From an uncultured delta proteobacterium (GTDB taxonomy: Bacteria; Desulfobacterota; Binatia; Binatales; Binataceae): DNA of 64,000 nucleotides. Below, in pieces: positions 39,255-49,407 of this stretch (position 1 is the stretch's first letter; every line of letters starts with the position of its first letter). The DNA lies in assembly GCA_963842085.1 (NCBI GenBank), contig CAWJET010000001.1, positions 1,376,001 through 1,440,000 on the forward strand, given 5' to 3'. The notes below the pieces were generated by a model that saw only the letters and a program-made list of their open reading frames with translations, searched no databases and was not told where the DNA came from. The position numbers were made by a program, and so were the translations under genes.

Positions 39255-40201
39255 CGGCCGAATCGCGCGCCCGCTTCCACGCGTTTGCCGCGAAGGAAAT
39301 CAGCCGCCGAAATTCTCTTTCGTCCCGGTGCCTGCACCTCGACGAGCCTGAGTCGTCCGATGCCGCACTGGACAACGGGATTCGGCTTCACGCTGACAAT
39401 CGTGCCGGGAGAACCGTTTGAGGCCGCGTCCTCGACCGCCGCGCGCCAGATGAGAACTTCGTCACGACCCAAACGGGTGCGCGCCACCGGCCACGGATCG
39501 TACGCGCGCGTCATCCGTTCGATCTGCACGGCGGTCGCAGTCCAGTCGATCACCGCATCCTTCTTTTCGACCTGCGCCGTGTAGGTCGCGAGCGATTCGT
39601 CCTGCGGCGTTTCGACCAGCGCGCCGCGCGCGGTGAGATCGATCGCCTCGAGCATCGCGGCCGCACCAAGCTCCGCGAGCTTCGCCTTCAGCGTCCCCTG
39701 CGTGTCGCTCGGCTCGATCGGAATCTTGCGCTGCAAATACATCGGGCCGGCGTCCATCCGCTCGACGATCCGCATGATCGTGACTCCTGTTTCGGCATCG
39801 CCCGCCAGGATCGAGCCTTCGACCGGGGCAGCGCCACGATGCCGCGGCAATAGCGATGCGTGCACGTTCATCGGCGCGATCCGTGCAACGTCGAGAACCG
39901 AGTTCGGCAAAATTCGCCCGTAAGCGGCCACCACCAGGAGGTCGGGTTCGAATGCTTTCAGCTCGTTCAGGAATTCAGGCGTCCGGATTTTGATCGGCTT
40001 CAGCGTGGGAATTTTGCGACTCGCCGCAACCGCACCGACTTCGCTCGGCTCCGTGCCGAGCCCGCGCCCGCGCGGACGATCGGGACGCGTGACTACACCG
40101 ACGACTCTGAACTTGGCTCCAGAAGCTGCCAGCAGCCGTTCCAGGATATGGGCCGCCAAGGCCGGCGTGCCCATGAAGACGATCTTTAGTGTCTCGGCGA
40201 T
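39251..40201 (-). CDS. fmt: Methionyl-tRNA formyltransferase (start uncertain: ATC at 40201, CTG at 40237, or first ATG at 40174)
   Basis: KIVFMGTP, TRPDRPRGRG, AAYGRIL, NVHASLLP.HRGAAP, MDAGP. Confidence 0.93.
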   Translation of the reverse strand: MAETLKIVFMGTPALAAHILERLLAASGAKFRVVGVVTRPDRPRGRGLGTEPSEVGAVAASRKIPTLKPIKIRTPEFLNELKAFEPDLLVVAAYGRILPNSVLDVARIAPMNVHASLLPRHRGAAPVEGSILAGDAETGVTIMRIVERMDAGPMYLQRKIPIEPSDTQGTLKAKLAELGAAAMLEAIDLTARGALVETPQDESLATYTAQVEKKDAVIDWTATAVQIERMTRAYDPWPVARTRLGRDEVLIWRAAVEDAASNGSPGTIVSVKPNPVVQCGIGRLRLVEVQAPGRKRISAADFLRGKRVEAGARFGR

Positions 40202-40202
40202 T

Positions 40203-40745
40203 TTAGATCCGCACCGTGGAGGGTCGCGCGTCGTCAGCTTTTCCCTCCTTGATTAGCTTCTTCAGTTTGCGCTTGTAGAGTTCGCGCTTGATTCGGCTGA
40301 TGCGGTCGATAAAGAGCTTGCCGTCCAGATGATCGATCTCGTGCTGCAACGCCACCGCGAGCAACTCGTCGGCTTCGATCTCGATCTCTTTCTCGTCGGG
40401 CGTCCACGCGCGCACCAGCACATGCGCCGCGCGCTCGACGTCGGCCGTGTAATCGATCACCGACAGGCATCCCTCTTCCCATACGATCTTGCCTTCAGCC
40501 TCGACGACCTGGGGATTGATGAGTTTCAGCAGATGCTTGCCGGGCTGCTCGTGATCGGTGTCGAGCACTATAATCCGCTTCGACTCACCCACCTGCGGTG
40601 CGGCAAGACCCACGCCCGGCGCGGCGTACATGGTCTGCACCATGCTGTCGATCAGCCCTTCGACATTGCCGTTGATATTCCTGACCGGGGCGGCCGGCTG
40701 TTTGAGCGAGTCGTCGGGAAATCTGCGAATTTTCAGCAGCGCCAT
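40203..40745 (-). CDS. def: Peptide deformylase
   Basis: GVGLAAPQVG, EGCLS, QHEIDHLDG. Confidence 0.97.
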   Translation of the reverse strand: MALLKIRRFPDDSLKQPAAPVRNINGNVEGLIDSMVQTMYAAPGVGLAAPQVGESKRIIVLDTDHEQPGKHLLKLINPQVVEAEGKIVWEEGCLSVIDYTADVERAAHVLVRAWTPDEKEIEIEADELLAVALQHEIDHLDGKLFIDRISRIKRELYKRKLKKLIKEGKADDARPSTVRI

Positions 40746-40770
40746 CTCGAATACCGATTTTACAAATCTA

Positions 40771-41715
40771 TCAAAGGGTGATTGGCCCGGCGAGTCCGAG
40801 CGGAGCGAGAAACGATTCGACCGCGCGAATGCACTCGGCGGGACGCTCGATTTGAAGAAAGTGCGTCGTGCCCGGGATCGCTTCGTACGGCAGCCCGAGC
40901 TCTTCGGCCATCGCGCGGCCAATCAACGCCGGCGGCATCACTTCGTCGAGCGTCGGATCTCCGCACACGAGTTTCACCGGCACCGGGCAATGCGCCATCT
41001 GCGGCCAAAGATCGGGATTCGCGCCGCTGGAGAAGACCTGCGCCTCGTATTCGCGCGGACACGCGAGAATCCAGTCGCCGCTCGCGCGATCGTGCCGCAG
41101 CGTCGCCCGCGCCATCAGCTCGTACGCCTCAGGCACCCATCGCTTGAAGCGCCTGCGGAACTGCTTCGCCAGTTCCATCGGATCCTTGTAACGCTCGGGG
41201 CGCCGCGCCGCGCGCGAAGCGAGCGACTCCTTGTCGGATTGCTGCAGGTTGCGGACCGGATGCCCTTCGCGCGGATAGACCGGCGGATCGAACAGCACCA
41301 GCGCGTCGAATCGACGGCCGTACTTGAGCGCGTGCATTGCGGCCGTGACGCCCGACAAGGAATGGAACAGGCCGGCGGCAGGCTTCGCGCCAAGCTCGCG
41401 ATTGATCGCGTGCCAGACGACGTCCATGTCGGCGACGAAGTTCTGCCACGTATGCCCCGCCGCAGTATGCAGCGGATTGTGCCCGTGGTTGCGGAAGTCG
41501 AAGACGATCACTTCGTAGCGCTCGCGCAGCGGCCCCCAGAATGGAAAGTAGCCGTCGATCGCGAGCCCATTGCCGTGACTGAGCACGAGGCGCGGCGCGC
41601 CGGGGATACCGTGCTGGTGAACGTGGATCGTCGCGCCGTCGTGCATCTTCACGTCGAAGGCGTGACGCGCGCGCGGCACATGATGCGTCGGGCGATGTTC
41701 GTTCGTCTCGTTCAT
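40771..41715 (-). CDS. Alpha/beta fold hydrolase
   Basis: SHGNG, FDFRNHG, FHSLSG nucleophile elbow, THFLQIE. Confidence 0.85.
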   Translation of the reverse strand: MNETNEHRPTHHVPRARHAFDVKMHDGATIHVHQHGIPGAPRLVLSHGNGLAIDGYFPFWGPLRERYEVIVFDFRNHGHNPLHTAAGHTWQNFVADMDVVWHAINRELGAKPAAGLFHSLSGVTAAMHALKYGRRFDALVLFDPPVYPREGHPVRNLQQSDKESLASRAARRPERYKDPMELAKQFRRRFKRWVPEAYELMARATLRHDRASGDWILACPREYEAQVFSSGANPDLWPQMAHCPVPVKLVCGDPTLDEVMPPALIGRAMAEELGLPYEAIPGTTHFLQIERPAECIRAVESFLAPLGLAGPITL

Positions 41716-41719
41716 TCGT

Positions 41720-44197
41720 TCAGAGCATTCTTACCGGATCGATGTCGATTGCAAGATATATGTCGTCGCCCTCTGCCGACGGCCCGATTTCGGCGCGCAT
41801 CGCGGAGATTGCCGCGTGCATCGGTTTCAACTCGCGCGATTTTAACATCACCTGCCACCGATAGCGCTGCTTGATTCGCTCGATCGGCGCCGGCGCCGGT
41901 CCGAGCACGCGGATCCCCTCCGGCGTCGAGCGCATGGCCAACGATTTCGCGACCGCTTCGGCCACGCGTCTCACCAAGTGCGGCTCCGCACCTTCGATTC
42001 GCACCATCGCGAGGCGTGCGAACGGCGGGTACATCAGGTCGCGGCGCAGTTGCAGCTCGCGCCGCATGAAGCGCGCGTAATCCTGATCCTTGGCGCAACG
42101 GATGCTGTAGTGATTCGGCGCGTAGGTCTGGATGATCACGCGGCCCGGACGCTCGCCGCGGCCCGCGCGTCCCGCAATTTGCGTCAGCAACTGGAACGTG
42201 CGCTCGGCGGAGCGGAAGTCGGGCATGTTCAGCGCCATGTCGGCGTTGACGACCGCTGCCAGCGTGACGCCGGGAAAATCGAAACCCTTGGTGATCATCT
42301 GCGTGCCGACCAGGATATCTATCTCGCCCGCGCGAAGCTCGGCCAGCATCCGCGCGCGCAAGCCGCGCAGACTGCTGGTGTCGGAGTCCATTCTTTCGAT
42401 GCGCGCGGCCGGCATCATCTCCGCCAGCGTCTGCGTGAGCCGCTCGGTGCCGAAGCCCTGCCCCTTGAGGCCGTAGCCTTTGCACTCGGGGCACGTGTCG
42501 GGCGCGGCAGTGTGATTGCCGCAATAGTGGCAGCGGAGCGAGCGGTCGCGCATATGAAAGGTCATGCTGACGCTGCAGTTCGGGCACGCGATCACGTTGC
42601 CGCAAATGTGGCATTGCAGAAAATTGTGGAAGCCGCGGCGGTTGAGGAACACCATGCTCTGGCCGCCCGCCGCAAAATTTTCGCGCAGCGCCGCGACCAG
42701 CGTCGTCGACAGCGGCACCGCGTCCGCAACTTCCGCCGCTTGAGGTTTCTGTTCGCCGGAACCCGTTCCATTTGAAGGCTTGGCCGCAGCAGCCCTGCGC
42801 GCATCGGCGACTTCGCGCCGCATATCGACGATTTCGACCGATGCCATCGCGCGATCGTTCACCCGCCGCGAAAGGCGCAGCAGCCGGTAGCGCCCGCGCC
42901 GCGCATTCGCATACGACTCGCTCGATGGTGTCGCCGAGCCGAGCACGACAGGACAGTTCGAAAATCCCGCGAGCGCGACCGCCAGATCGCGCGCATGATA
43001 GTAAATCCCTTCCTCATTTTTGTACGACGCGTCGTGCTCCTCGTCGACGACGATCAACCCGGCGTCATGCATCGGCGCGAAAATCACCGAGCGCGGGCCG
43101 ATCATCACCCGCGCCCGGCCGCCAATCGCCGCCATCCAGCTCGCCCATCGCTCCGACACGCTCTGCGCGCTGTGCGCGATGCCGACCAGCGAGCCGAAAC
43201 GCGCGCGAAACGACCGCACTATTTCGTGGGCGAGCGCGATTTCGGGCACCATGATCAAAACGTTGCGCCCGGCCGCGAGCGCCCGCGCGGCGAGGTTCAG
43301 ATAAACTTCGGTCTTGCCGCTGGCGGTGACGCCCCAGAGCAGAAACGCCTCGTAGCGCCGGTGCTCGATGGCCGGTGAAATCGCATCGAGCGCGACCTGC
43401 TGCTCGTCGGTGAGATCGAACTCCGCCGCGACGCAATGACTTGCCGCCGCCGGCGCCGGCTCGATCGCAATCAGCCCGCGACCCGCGAGGCTCTTCAACG
43501 CCGCGCTCGCGCCGTCGAGTTCAGCCTTCAGATCTTCGACCCGTACCCCGGCGGCGCCGGCGTTGGCGATCGCGCTCAGCACTTCGCGTTGCTTGGGACC
43601 GCGAACGCCCTCGACGTTTGCGCCGGCCGCGAGTCGAGCGACCAAATCCGCCGTCTCGCGATGCCGACCGGTGGTAGCGTCGCGCCGCTCGAGTATGCCG
43701 TCGGCGACGAACCGCGCAATCGCGGCGCGCACCTCGCTGGGCGAACCGACTTTCTCGAGCTGCCGCGTCGATGCCGCCCGCTTGGCGATCGTCTCGACGA
43801 TGGCGCGCTCGACCCGCGTGAACGCGGCGCGCGCCAGCTCGTCGGGCGGAGTCGCGAGCTTGTACGCCGTCCTCGACTCGACCCGCGCGACCGCCGGAAT
43901 CACGATGCGGTAGGCGTCCGCGATCGAAACCATGTAGTACGACGCGAGAAACTCCATCAGTTGCAAATGCGCGCGGTCGAACAGCGGCCGCGGCTCGAGC
44001 ACTTCGAGAATCGGCTTCAGCTCGCTCGTCGAAAGAAGTTCGCCGACCTCCGTGACCACGCCCGTCACCATCCGCGAGCGCAGCGGCGCCAGCACGCGAT
44101 GCCCCGGCTGGATACGCCCGTCGAGGGCAGGCGGAATCGAATACGTCAGCGTTTCGAATCCGCGGGTCGCCCCGACGATCACAATATTGGCCTGCAT
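41720..44197 (-). CDS. priA: Primosomal protein N' (replication restart helicase)
   Basis: GVTASGKTEVY, VDEEHD.SYK, GSATPS, four CxxC motifs, GTQMITKGFDFP, QIAGRAGR. Confidence 0.97.
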   Translation of the reverse strand: MQANIVIVGATRGFETLTYSIPPALDGRIQPGHRVLAPLRSRMVTGVVTEVGELLSTSELKPILEVLEPRPLFDRAHLQLMEFLASYYMVSIADAYRIVIPAVARVESRTAYKLATPPDELARAAFTRVERAIVETIAKRAASTRQLEKVGSPSEVRAAIARFVADGILERRDATTGRHRETADLVARLAAGANVEGVRGPKQREVLSAIANAGAAGVRVEDLKAELDGASAALKSLAGRGLIAIEPAPAAASHCVAAEFDLTDEQQVALDAISPAIEHRRYEAFLLWGVTASGKTEVYLNLAARALAAGRNVLIMVPEIALAHEIVRSFRARFGSLVGIAHSAQSVSERWASWMAAIGGRARVMIGPRSVIFAPMHDAGLIVVDEEHDASYKNEEGIYYHARDLAVALAGFSNCPVVLGSATPSSESYANARRGRYRLLRLSRRVNDRAMASVEIVDMRREVADARRAAAAKPSNGTGSGEQKPQAAEVADAVPLSTTLVAALRENFAAGGQSMVFLNRRGFHNFLQCHICGNVIACPNCSVSMTFHMRDRSLRCHYCGNHTAAPDTCPECKGYGLKGQGFGTERLTQTLAEMMPAARIERMDSDTSSLRGLRARMLAELRAGEIDILVGTQMITKGFDFPGVTLAAVVNADMALNMPDFRSAERTFQLLTQIAGRAGRGERPGRVIIQTYAPNHYSIRCAKDQDYARFMRRELQLRRDLMYPPFARLAMVRIEGAEPHLVRRVAEAVAKSLAMRSTPEGIRVLGPAPAPIERIKQRYRWQVMLKSRELKPMHAAISAMRAEIGPSAEGDDIYLAIDIDPVRML

Positions 44198-44379
44198 CTC
44201 GACTGTCTCTGCGCATGCAACTTACACCCCACGCGAGCGACGCCGCGAGTCGCTACGCCGCCGACCGCGGGATTTGCCCGATCGATCCCCGCTTTCGCGG
44301 GCGCGTACAGTCTGGTTGAATCGGTCATGGAGGCCCGCTCGACCGAAAGACCGAACCCGCGGGAGGCGAAACAAACCCG

Positions 44380-45546
44380 ATGCTCCGATTCCTGACTGCC
44401 GGTGAATCGCACGGCCCCGAGCTGGTCGCGACGGTCGAGGGCGTGCCGGCCGGCTTCGACATCGACGTCGCCGCGATCAACGCCGACCTCGCGCGCCGCC
44501 AAAAGGGCTACGGCCGCGGCGGCAGAATGCTGATCGAAAAAGACGAGGTGCGGCCGGTTTCCGGCATCCGCTTCGGCAAATCGCTCGGCAGTCCGATCAC
44601 GTTCATCATCGAAAATCGCGACTTCAAGAACTGGGTCAAGAAGATGTCCGCCGACCCCAGCGATCGCGGCGCGGCGGAGATCGTCACGCGGGCGCGGCCC
44701 GGCCATGCCGACCTTGCGGGCGTGCTCAAATACAATCTCGAAGATATCCGCGACGTGCTCGAACGGGCGTCCGCGCGCGAGACCACTGCGCGAGTGGCGA
44801 TCGGCGGCCTGGCCAAGCAGATTCTCTTGCCGTTCGGGATCGACGTGCTCGGCTACGTAGCCGGCATCGGCGCCACCGAGGCGAAGACGCCGGCGGGCTT
44901 GAGCATCGAAGAGCTGCGCCGCATCACGGAAGCGTCGCAAGTGCGCGTGGCAGATCCAGAGGCCGAACGCAAAATAATCGCCGAAATCGATGAGTGCAAA
45001 AAGACCGGCGACACCCTCGGCGGCATCGTCGAAGTCATCGCGACCGGATTGCCGGTCGGGCTCGGCAGTCACGTGCAATGGGATCGCAAACTCGACGGAC
45101 GCCTTGCGTTCGCGCTGCTCAGCCTGCAAGCCGCCAAGGGCGTCGAGCTAGGCCTGGGCTTCAAGGCGGGACGGATTCGCGGCTCCGAGCTTCACGACGA
45201 AATCGGCTACGACGCCGCGCATCGACGCTTCACGCGCCACTCGAACAATTCCGGCGGCACCGAGGGCGGCATGAGCACCGGCGAGCCGCTGCGCGTGCGC
45301 GTCGCGTTCAAGCCGCTATCGACGCTGATGCGCCCGCTGCGCTCGGTCGATATCAAAACCAAGGCGGAAGCGGTCGGCGCGATCGAGCGCTCCGACGTAT
45401 GCGCGATTCCCGCCGCCGCCGTCATCGCCGAAGCGGTGGTCGCGTTTGAACTGGCGGCGGCTTTCATCGAAAAGTTCGGCGGCGATTCGCTGACCGAGAT
45501 TACGCGCAACTTCAAGGGCTTTCTCGAGCAGGTCCGCAACTACTGA
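44380..45546 (+). CDS. aroC: Chorismate synthase
   Basis: TAGESHG, RPGHAD, ERASARET, GGTEGGMS.G, RSDVC. Confidence 0.97.
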   Translation: MLRFLTAGESHGPELVATVEGVPAGFDIDVAAINADLARRQKGYGRGGRMLIEKDEVRPVSGIRFGKSLGSPITFIIENRDFKNWVKKMSADPSDRGAAEIVTRARPGHADLAGVLKYNLEDIRDVLERASARETTARVAIGGLAKQILLPFGIDVLGYVAGIGATEAKTPAGLSIEELRRITEASQVRVADPEAERKIIAEIDECKKTGDTLGGIVEVIATGLPVGLGSHVQWDRKLDGRLAFALLSLQAAKGVELGLGFKAGRIRGSELHDEIGYDAAHRRFTRHSNNSGGTEGGMSTGEPLRVRVAFKPLSTLMRPLRSVDIKTKAEAVGAIERSDVCAIPAAAVIAEAVVAFELAAAFIEKFGGDSLTEITRNFKGFLEQVRNY

Positions 45547-45597
45547 AACGGCAAGCGCGCCCGGCTGGACAGACGCGCGCGCAATGCTGCAACGCCA

Positions 45598-46185
45598 ATG
45601 ACGCCCAAACTGATCCTCACCGGATTCATGGCCACCGGCAAAACCTCGGTCGGCCCGCTCGTCGCGCGCCGGCTCGGATGGGAATTCGTGGACGTCGATT
45701 CTGTAGTCGTCGCGCGCGCCGGAAAACCAATCGCGCAAATCTTCGCCGACCAGGGCGAGGCGCACTTCCGCAAGCTCGAACGCGAAGTGGTCGCGCACCT
45801 GAGCGGCGATCGCCGGCGATGCCCCCAATGCCACGGCCCGCATCCCGGAGTGATTTCGACCGGCGGCGGCGTACTGGTTGACGAGTCGAATTGCGCGGCG
45901 CTCAAGCGCGTCGGCGTGATTGTATGCCTCACGGCGCGGCCTGAAGTCGTCGCGGCGCGCGTCGAACGGTCGAAAGCAAAGCGCCCGAAACTCACCGAAG
46001 GCGGGAAATCCACCCTGGCTCGAATCAAGGAACTGATGGCCGAGCGCTCCGACGCTTACGCCCACGCCGACGTCCAAATCGACACCTCCGATCTCACGGT
46101 CGAGCAACTGGCCGACCATGTTATCGCGGCCTTCGGCGCACACGCCGCGCGACGAATCCTGCCATCGGCGGTTGACGCCGCATAG
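45598..46185 (+). CDS. aroK: Shikimate kinase
   Basis: GFMATGKT, D.D, GE..FR.LE, STGGG, RP.L. Confidence 0.93.
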   Translation: MTPKLILTGFMATGKTSVGPLVARRLGWEFVDVDSVVVARAGKPIAQIFADQGEAHFRKLEREVVAHLSGDRRRCPQCHGPHPGVISTGGGVLVDESNCAALKRVGVIVCLTARPEVVAARVERSKAKRPKLTEGGKSTLARIKELMAERSDAYAHADVQIDTSDLTVEQLADHVIAAFGAHAARRILPSAVDAA

Positions 46186-46187
46186 CG

Positions 46188-47264
46188 ATGCGTACCATCC
46201 GCATAGAACTGGGGCCCGCGTCGCATGACGCTCACGTCGGCGCGGGAATCCTCGAGCGGCTCGGCGAACTCGCGCGCGGCGCCGGACTGAAGCCCGCCAT
46301 CTGCGCCGTCGTCACCGACTCGACAGTGGAGAAGCTGTACGCAGCACGTGTCGAGGACGCACTTCGCAAGAGCGGTTTCTCACCCGTCGTGATTTCGGTG
46401 CCGCCGGGCGAAGCCTCCAAGTCTCTGCTGACGTTGGAGCTGCTCTACGATCGCATGACCGAGGTCGGGCTTGACCGCAACAGCGCGGTGTTCGCGCTCG
46501 GCGGCGGTGTCGTCGGCGATCTCGCGGGATTTGCGGCTGCGACCTTTCTCCGCGGTGTGCCGCTGGTGCAAGCGCCGACCACGGTGGTCGCGCAGGTTGA
46601 TTCCGCGCTCGGCGGCAAGACCGCGATCAACCATCGCCACGCCAAAAATTTGATCGGTGCATTCTACCCGCCGCGGCTCATCGTCGCCGACGTGGCGACC
46701 CTCGCTACGCTGCCCGACCGCGAGTTCCGCGAAGGCCTGGCCGAAGTTATCAAGTATGGCGCAATCATGGACGCGCCGATGATCGCCGACCTGGAACGCG
46801 ACCTCGACGCGATCCTGGCGCGGCGCCCGACCCTGCTTGAGCAGATCGTCGCACGCTCGCTGATGCACAAAGCCGCCGTCGTCGGCGCCGACGAGCACGA
46901 AAGCGGTCTGCGCAAAACCCTGAACTTCGGCCATACCATCGGCCATGCGATTGAAGCGAGCGCCGGCTACGGCAGCTATTTTCATGGCGAGGCCGTCGCT
47001 ATCGGGATGGTCGCGGCGGCCCGGCTCTCCAGCAGATATGCCGGCCTGTCGGCGGACGAGGCGTCGCGTCTTCAGCACCTGATCGAGCGCGCCGGCTTGC
47101 CGGCCGCGATGCCCTCTGGATGGCGCAATGACGACTTTATCCGCGCGCTCAGCCTCGACAAGAAACGCGCGGCCGGCGCAATCGAATTTGTGCTGCTCGA
47201 CCGCCTCGGTCATTCGTTGACAAAAAGTCTCTCGACTGACGACATCGTGTCACCTCTGCTTTGA
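46188..47264 (+). CDS. aroB: 3-dehydroquinate synthase
   Basis: GGGVVGDLAGF, PTT..AQVDS..GGKT, KNLIGAF, LNFGHTIGHA, HGEAV. Confidence 0.97.
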   Translation: MRTIRIELGPASHDAHVGAGILERLGELARGAGLKPAICAVVTDSTVEKLYAARVEDALRKSGFSPVVISVPPGEASKSLLTLELLYDRMTEVGLDRNSAVFALGGGVVGDLAGFAAATFLRGVPLVQAPTTVVAQVDSALGGKTAINHRHAKNLIGAFYPPRLIVADVATLATLPDREFREGLAEVIKYGAIMDAPMIADLERDLDAILARRPTLLEQIVARSLMHKAAVVGADEHESGLRKTLNFGHTIGHAIEASAGYGSYFHGEAVAIGMVAAARLSSRYAGLSADEASRLQHLIERAGLPAAMPSGWRNDDFIRALSLDKKRAAGAIEFVLLDRLGHSLTKSLSTDDIVSPLL

Positions 47265-47472
47265 ATTTCTGCGTGCGCAGACAACCAAATCCTGAATGTC
47301 GTGACCGAAAGTGTTCTTGAGGTGACTAATTGTTTTGAAACTTCCGCTTGAACGCTTGGCGAGTCTATGATGTGTTTAGTATGTACTGAGTGGCGTACGC
47401 TGGGATTGGTCAAATCCTAAATAGTTAAGAGTCAAGAAGACGGGGCTAACGCGCGTAACGCAGAGGTGCTAC

Positions 47473-47691
47473 ATGGATCGTTTCGATGAAATGAAAAGCA
47501 GGGTGCTGACAGTACAGGAAGTGTCAAGCTACCTGCGGGTGCATCCGTCCACGATTTACAGGATGCTCAAGAAGAATCAGCTGCCGGCTTTCCGCGTCGG
47601 CAGCGACTGGCGCTTCACCGTCGAGGCAATCGACAAATGGCGCGCCGCGGTGGAGTTGGGCGCTCCCGCTCCAGCGAGCCACGACGGCTGA
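47473..47691 (+). CDS. Excisionase-family (HTH_17) DNA-binding protein
   Basis: VLTVQEVSSYLRVHPSTIYRM....LPAFRVGSDWRF. Confidence 0.88.
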   Translation: MDRFDEMKSRVLTVQEVSSYLRVHPSTIYRMLKKNQLPAFRVGSDWRFTVEAIDKWRAAVELGAPAPASHDG

Positions 47692-47743
47692 GTTCGAAGT
47701 GCCCGGATAAACCCGGCTGGACGAAAATCGACGCGCCGGCCTG

Positions 47744-48697
47744 CTAATTCTGGAAATACCGGCGCGGATTTTCCACCAGCATCGCGCGAATTTTTGCCTC
47801 TCCTACGCCCGCCCGCTTCAGTGCCGGCACGATATTCTTGAAGACGTGCGTCGGTGTCCAGTTAGCTATCAGCTTGGCCGTCTCCGGCGTCAGATCGGGC
47901 CCGCGCCCAAGCCAGCATGCGACGGTGTCGTGCGACAGCACGAGTTGATTTTCGTAGCCCACGCCCAGCAATCCAATCAGCGCCGCCAGGCGCAGCTTGT
48001 CGGGATGCAGGAAGTCCAGGCCGAAGCGGTCGAACCCCAGGATGCATCCGCGATCGAGCATCGCCGTATGATAGCCGAGGTCCGACGAGCCGCAGCTATG
48101 CCCGATGATCACGCGGCTTAAGTCCGCGCCTTCCGACGCGAAGATGTCGAGCTGCTCGCGCCCCATCGTGCCATCATCGGTATGCGTTGTGATCGGCGCG
48201 CCGGTCGCCTTGTGCGCGCGCGCCGCCGCCCGCAGGCACATGTCCTCGTATTTCGTGATCTGCCCCTTGCCGGTCGCGCACTTGATGATGCCGGCCTTGA
48301 TTCCCGTGTCGCCCACGCCCTTGGTGATCTCGCTGATGTAGACCGACGCGATGTCGTCGATCGTGCGCTGCTTGAAATATGAAGTGTTGCCCAGGTCTTC
48401 CTTGTACAAGCCGGTCGCGCAGATTATTCGCACGCCCGACGCCGACGCCGCCTCGGCCATGAAGGTCACGTCGCGGCCGATATCCATCGGGCAGGGGTCG
48501 ACAAACGTCTCGAGTCCCAGGTCGCGCACCTCCTTGAGCCGCTCGACGCAGTTCTTGAGCGCCGCCTTGCGCTCGAACTTCGGTGCAGCGCAGTCAAGCT
48601 CCCATCCGGCCCAACCGATCAGCAGATGCTCGTGCATGAGCGTCGTCCCGAGCTGCTCCGGACTCGCGGTTCCAGTAACGGTGTTGATTGCTTTCAT
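47744..48697 (-). CDS. Phosphotriesterase-family amidohydrolase (PTE-like lactonase)
   Basis: TLMHEH, GIIKCA, ITTHT, IGHS, FDRFG, LSHD. Confidence 0.92.
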   Translation of the reverse strand: MKAINTVTGTASPEQLGTTLMHEHLLIGWAGWELDCAAPKFERKAALKNCVERLKEVRDLGLETFVDPCPMDIGRDVTFMAEAASASGVRIICATGLYKEDLGNTSYFKQRTIDDIASVYISEITKGVGDTGIKAGIIKCATGKGQITKYEDMCLRAAARAHKATGAPITTHTDDGTMGREQLDIFASEGADLSRVIIGHSCGSSDLGYHTAMLDRGCILGFDRFGLDFLHPDKLRLAALIGLLGVGYENQLVLSHDTVACWLGRGPDLTPETAKLIANWTPTHVFKNIVPALKRAGVGEAKIRAMLVENPRRYFQN

Positions 48698-48816
48698 CGC
48701 GATGCGCTCCCTGCCAGGCGCAAATCTCGCGTCCGGCGCCGATCCAGACTTCGATTTTGCGAAACTAGACCCGCGGCGGCAACGCCGTCAAATGCGCCAA
48801 TCCGCGATTTAGCTTT

Positions 48817-49404
48817 TTAACTCGAACGATCCGGCCCTGGCTCGTCGTCGCTGCCAAAGAACGTGGCGAGGATGATCAGCACGACGCCAATCGAGATCGC
48901 GCTATCCGCGACGTTGAACACCGGGTAGTTCAGGTCGTAGTAATGCGCGCGCATAAAGTCGATCACGCGGCCGCCGCGCAGCGCGCGATCGATCAGGTTT
49001 CCCGTCGCGCCGCCAAGGATCAGTGCGAAGGCGACCGAATTGATCGACACGCGCGGCGCGCGCGCCAGCAGCACGACCAGCACAATGATTGCCGCGGTCG
49101 ACATCGACATCAGGAACGCCAGCCGCGCCCACGGCGGCGCCTGCGCCAGCATGCTGAATGCCGCGCCCGGATTCAGCGCGTAGGTGAGGTCGAGGTAGTT
49201 TGGAATCAGTGCGATACTTTCATAAAGGGCCATGTGCGCCTGCACCAGCATCTTGGTCGCCTGGTCGAGCAGGATGATCGGAATCGTGATGGCGCCGAGC
49301 AAAAAAAGGAACGGCCGCCGCGGCGGCGCCGCAGCCGATTCTTTTGCCGCTGCGCGTTCGGCAACCACACCCGGAAGGGGTTTCGCGCTCGATCGTTCCG
49401 GCAA
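48817..49404 (-). CDS. lspA: Lipoprotein signal peptidase II
   Basis: LDQATK, NPGAAFS, GGATGNLIDR, VIDF, FNVADSAI. Confidence 0.95.
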   Translation of the reverse strand: MPERSSAKPLPGVVAERAAAKESAAAPPRRPFLFLLGAITIPIILLDQATKMLVQAHMALYESIALIPNYLDLTYALNPGAAFSMLAQAPPWARLAFLMSMSTAAIIVLVVLLARAPRVSINSVAFALILGGATGNLIDRALRGGRVIDFMRAHYYDLNYPVFNVADSAISIGVVLIILATFFGSDDEPGPDRSS

Positions 49405-49407
49405 CGG

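Noticed and set aside
47473-47691. Prophage or integrative element marked by an excisionase
   Set aside because: No integrase, phage genes or att repeats seen; flanked by ordinary metabolic genes
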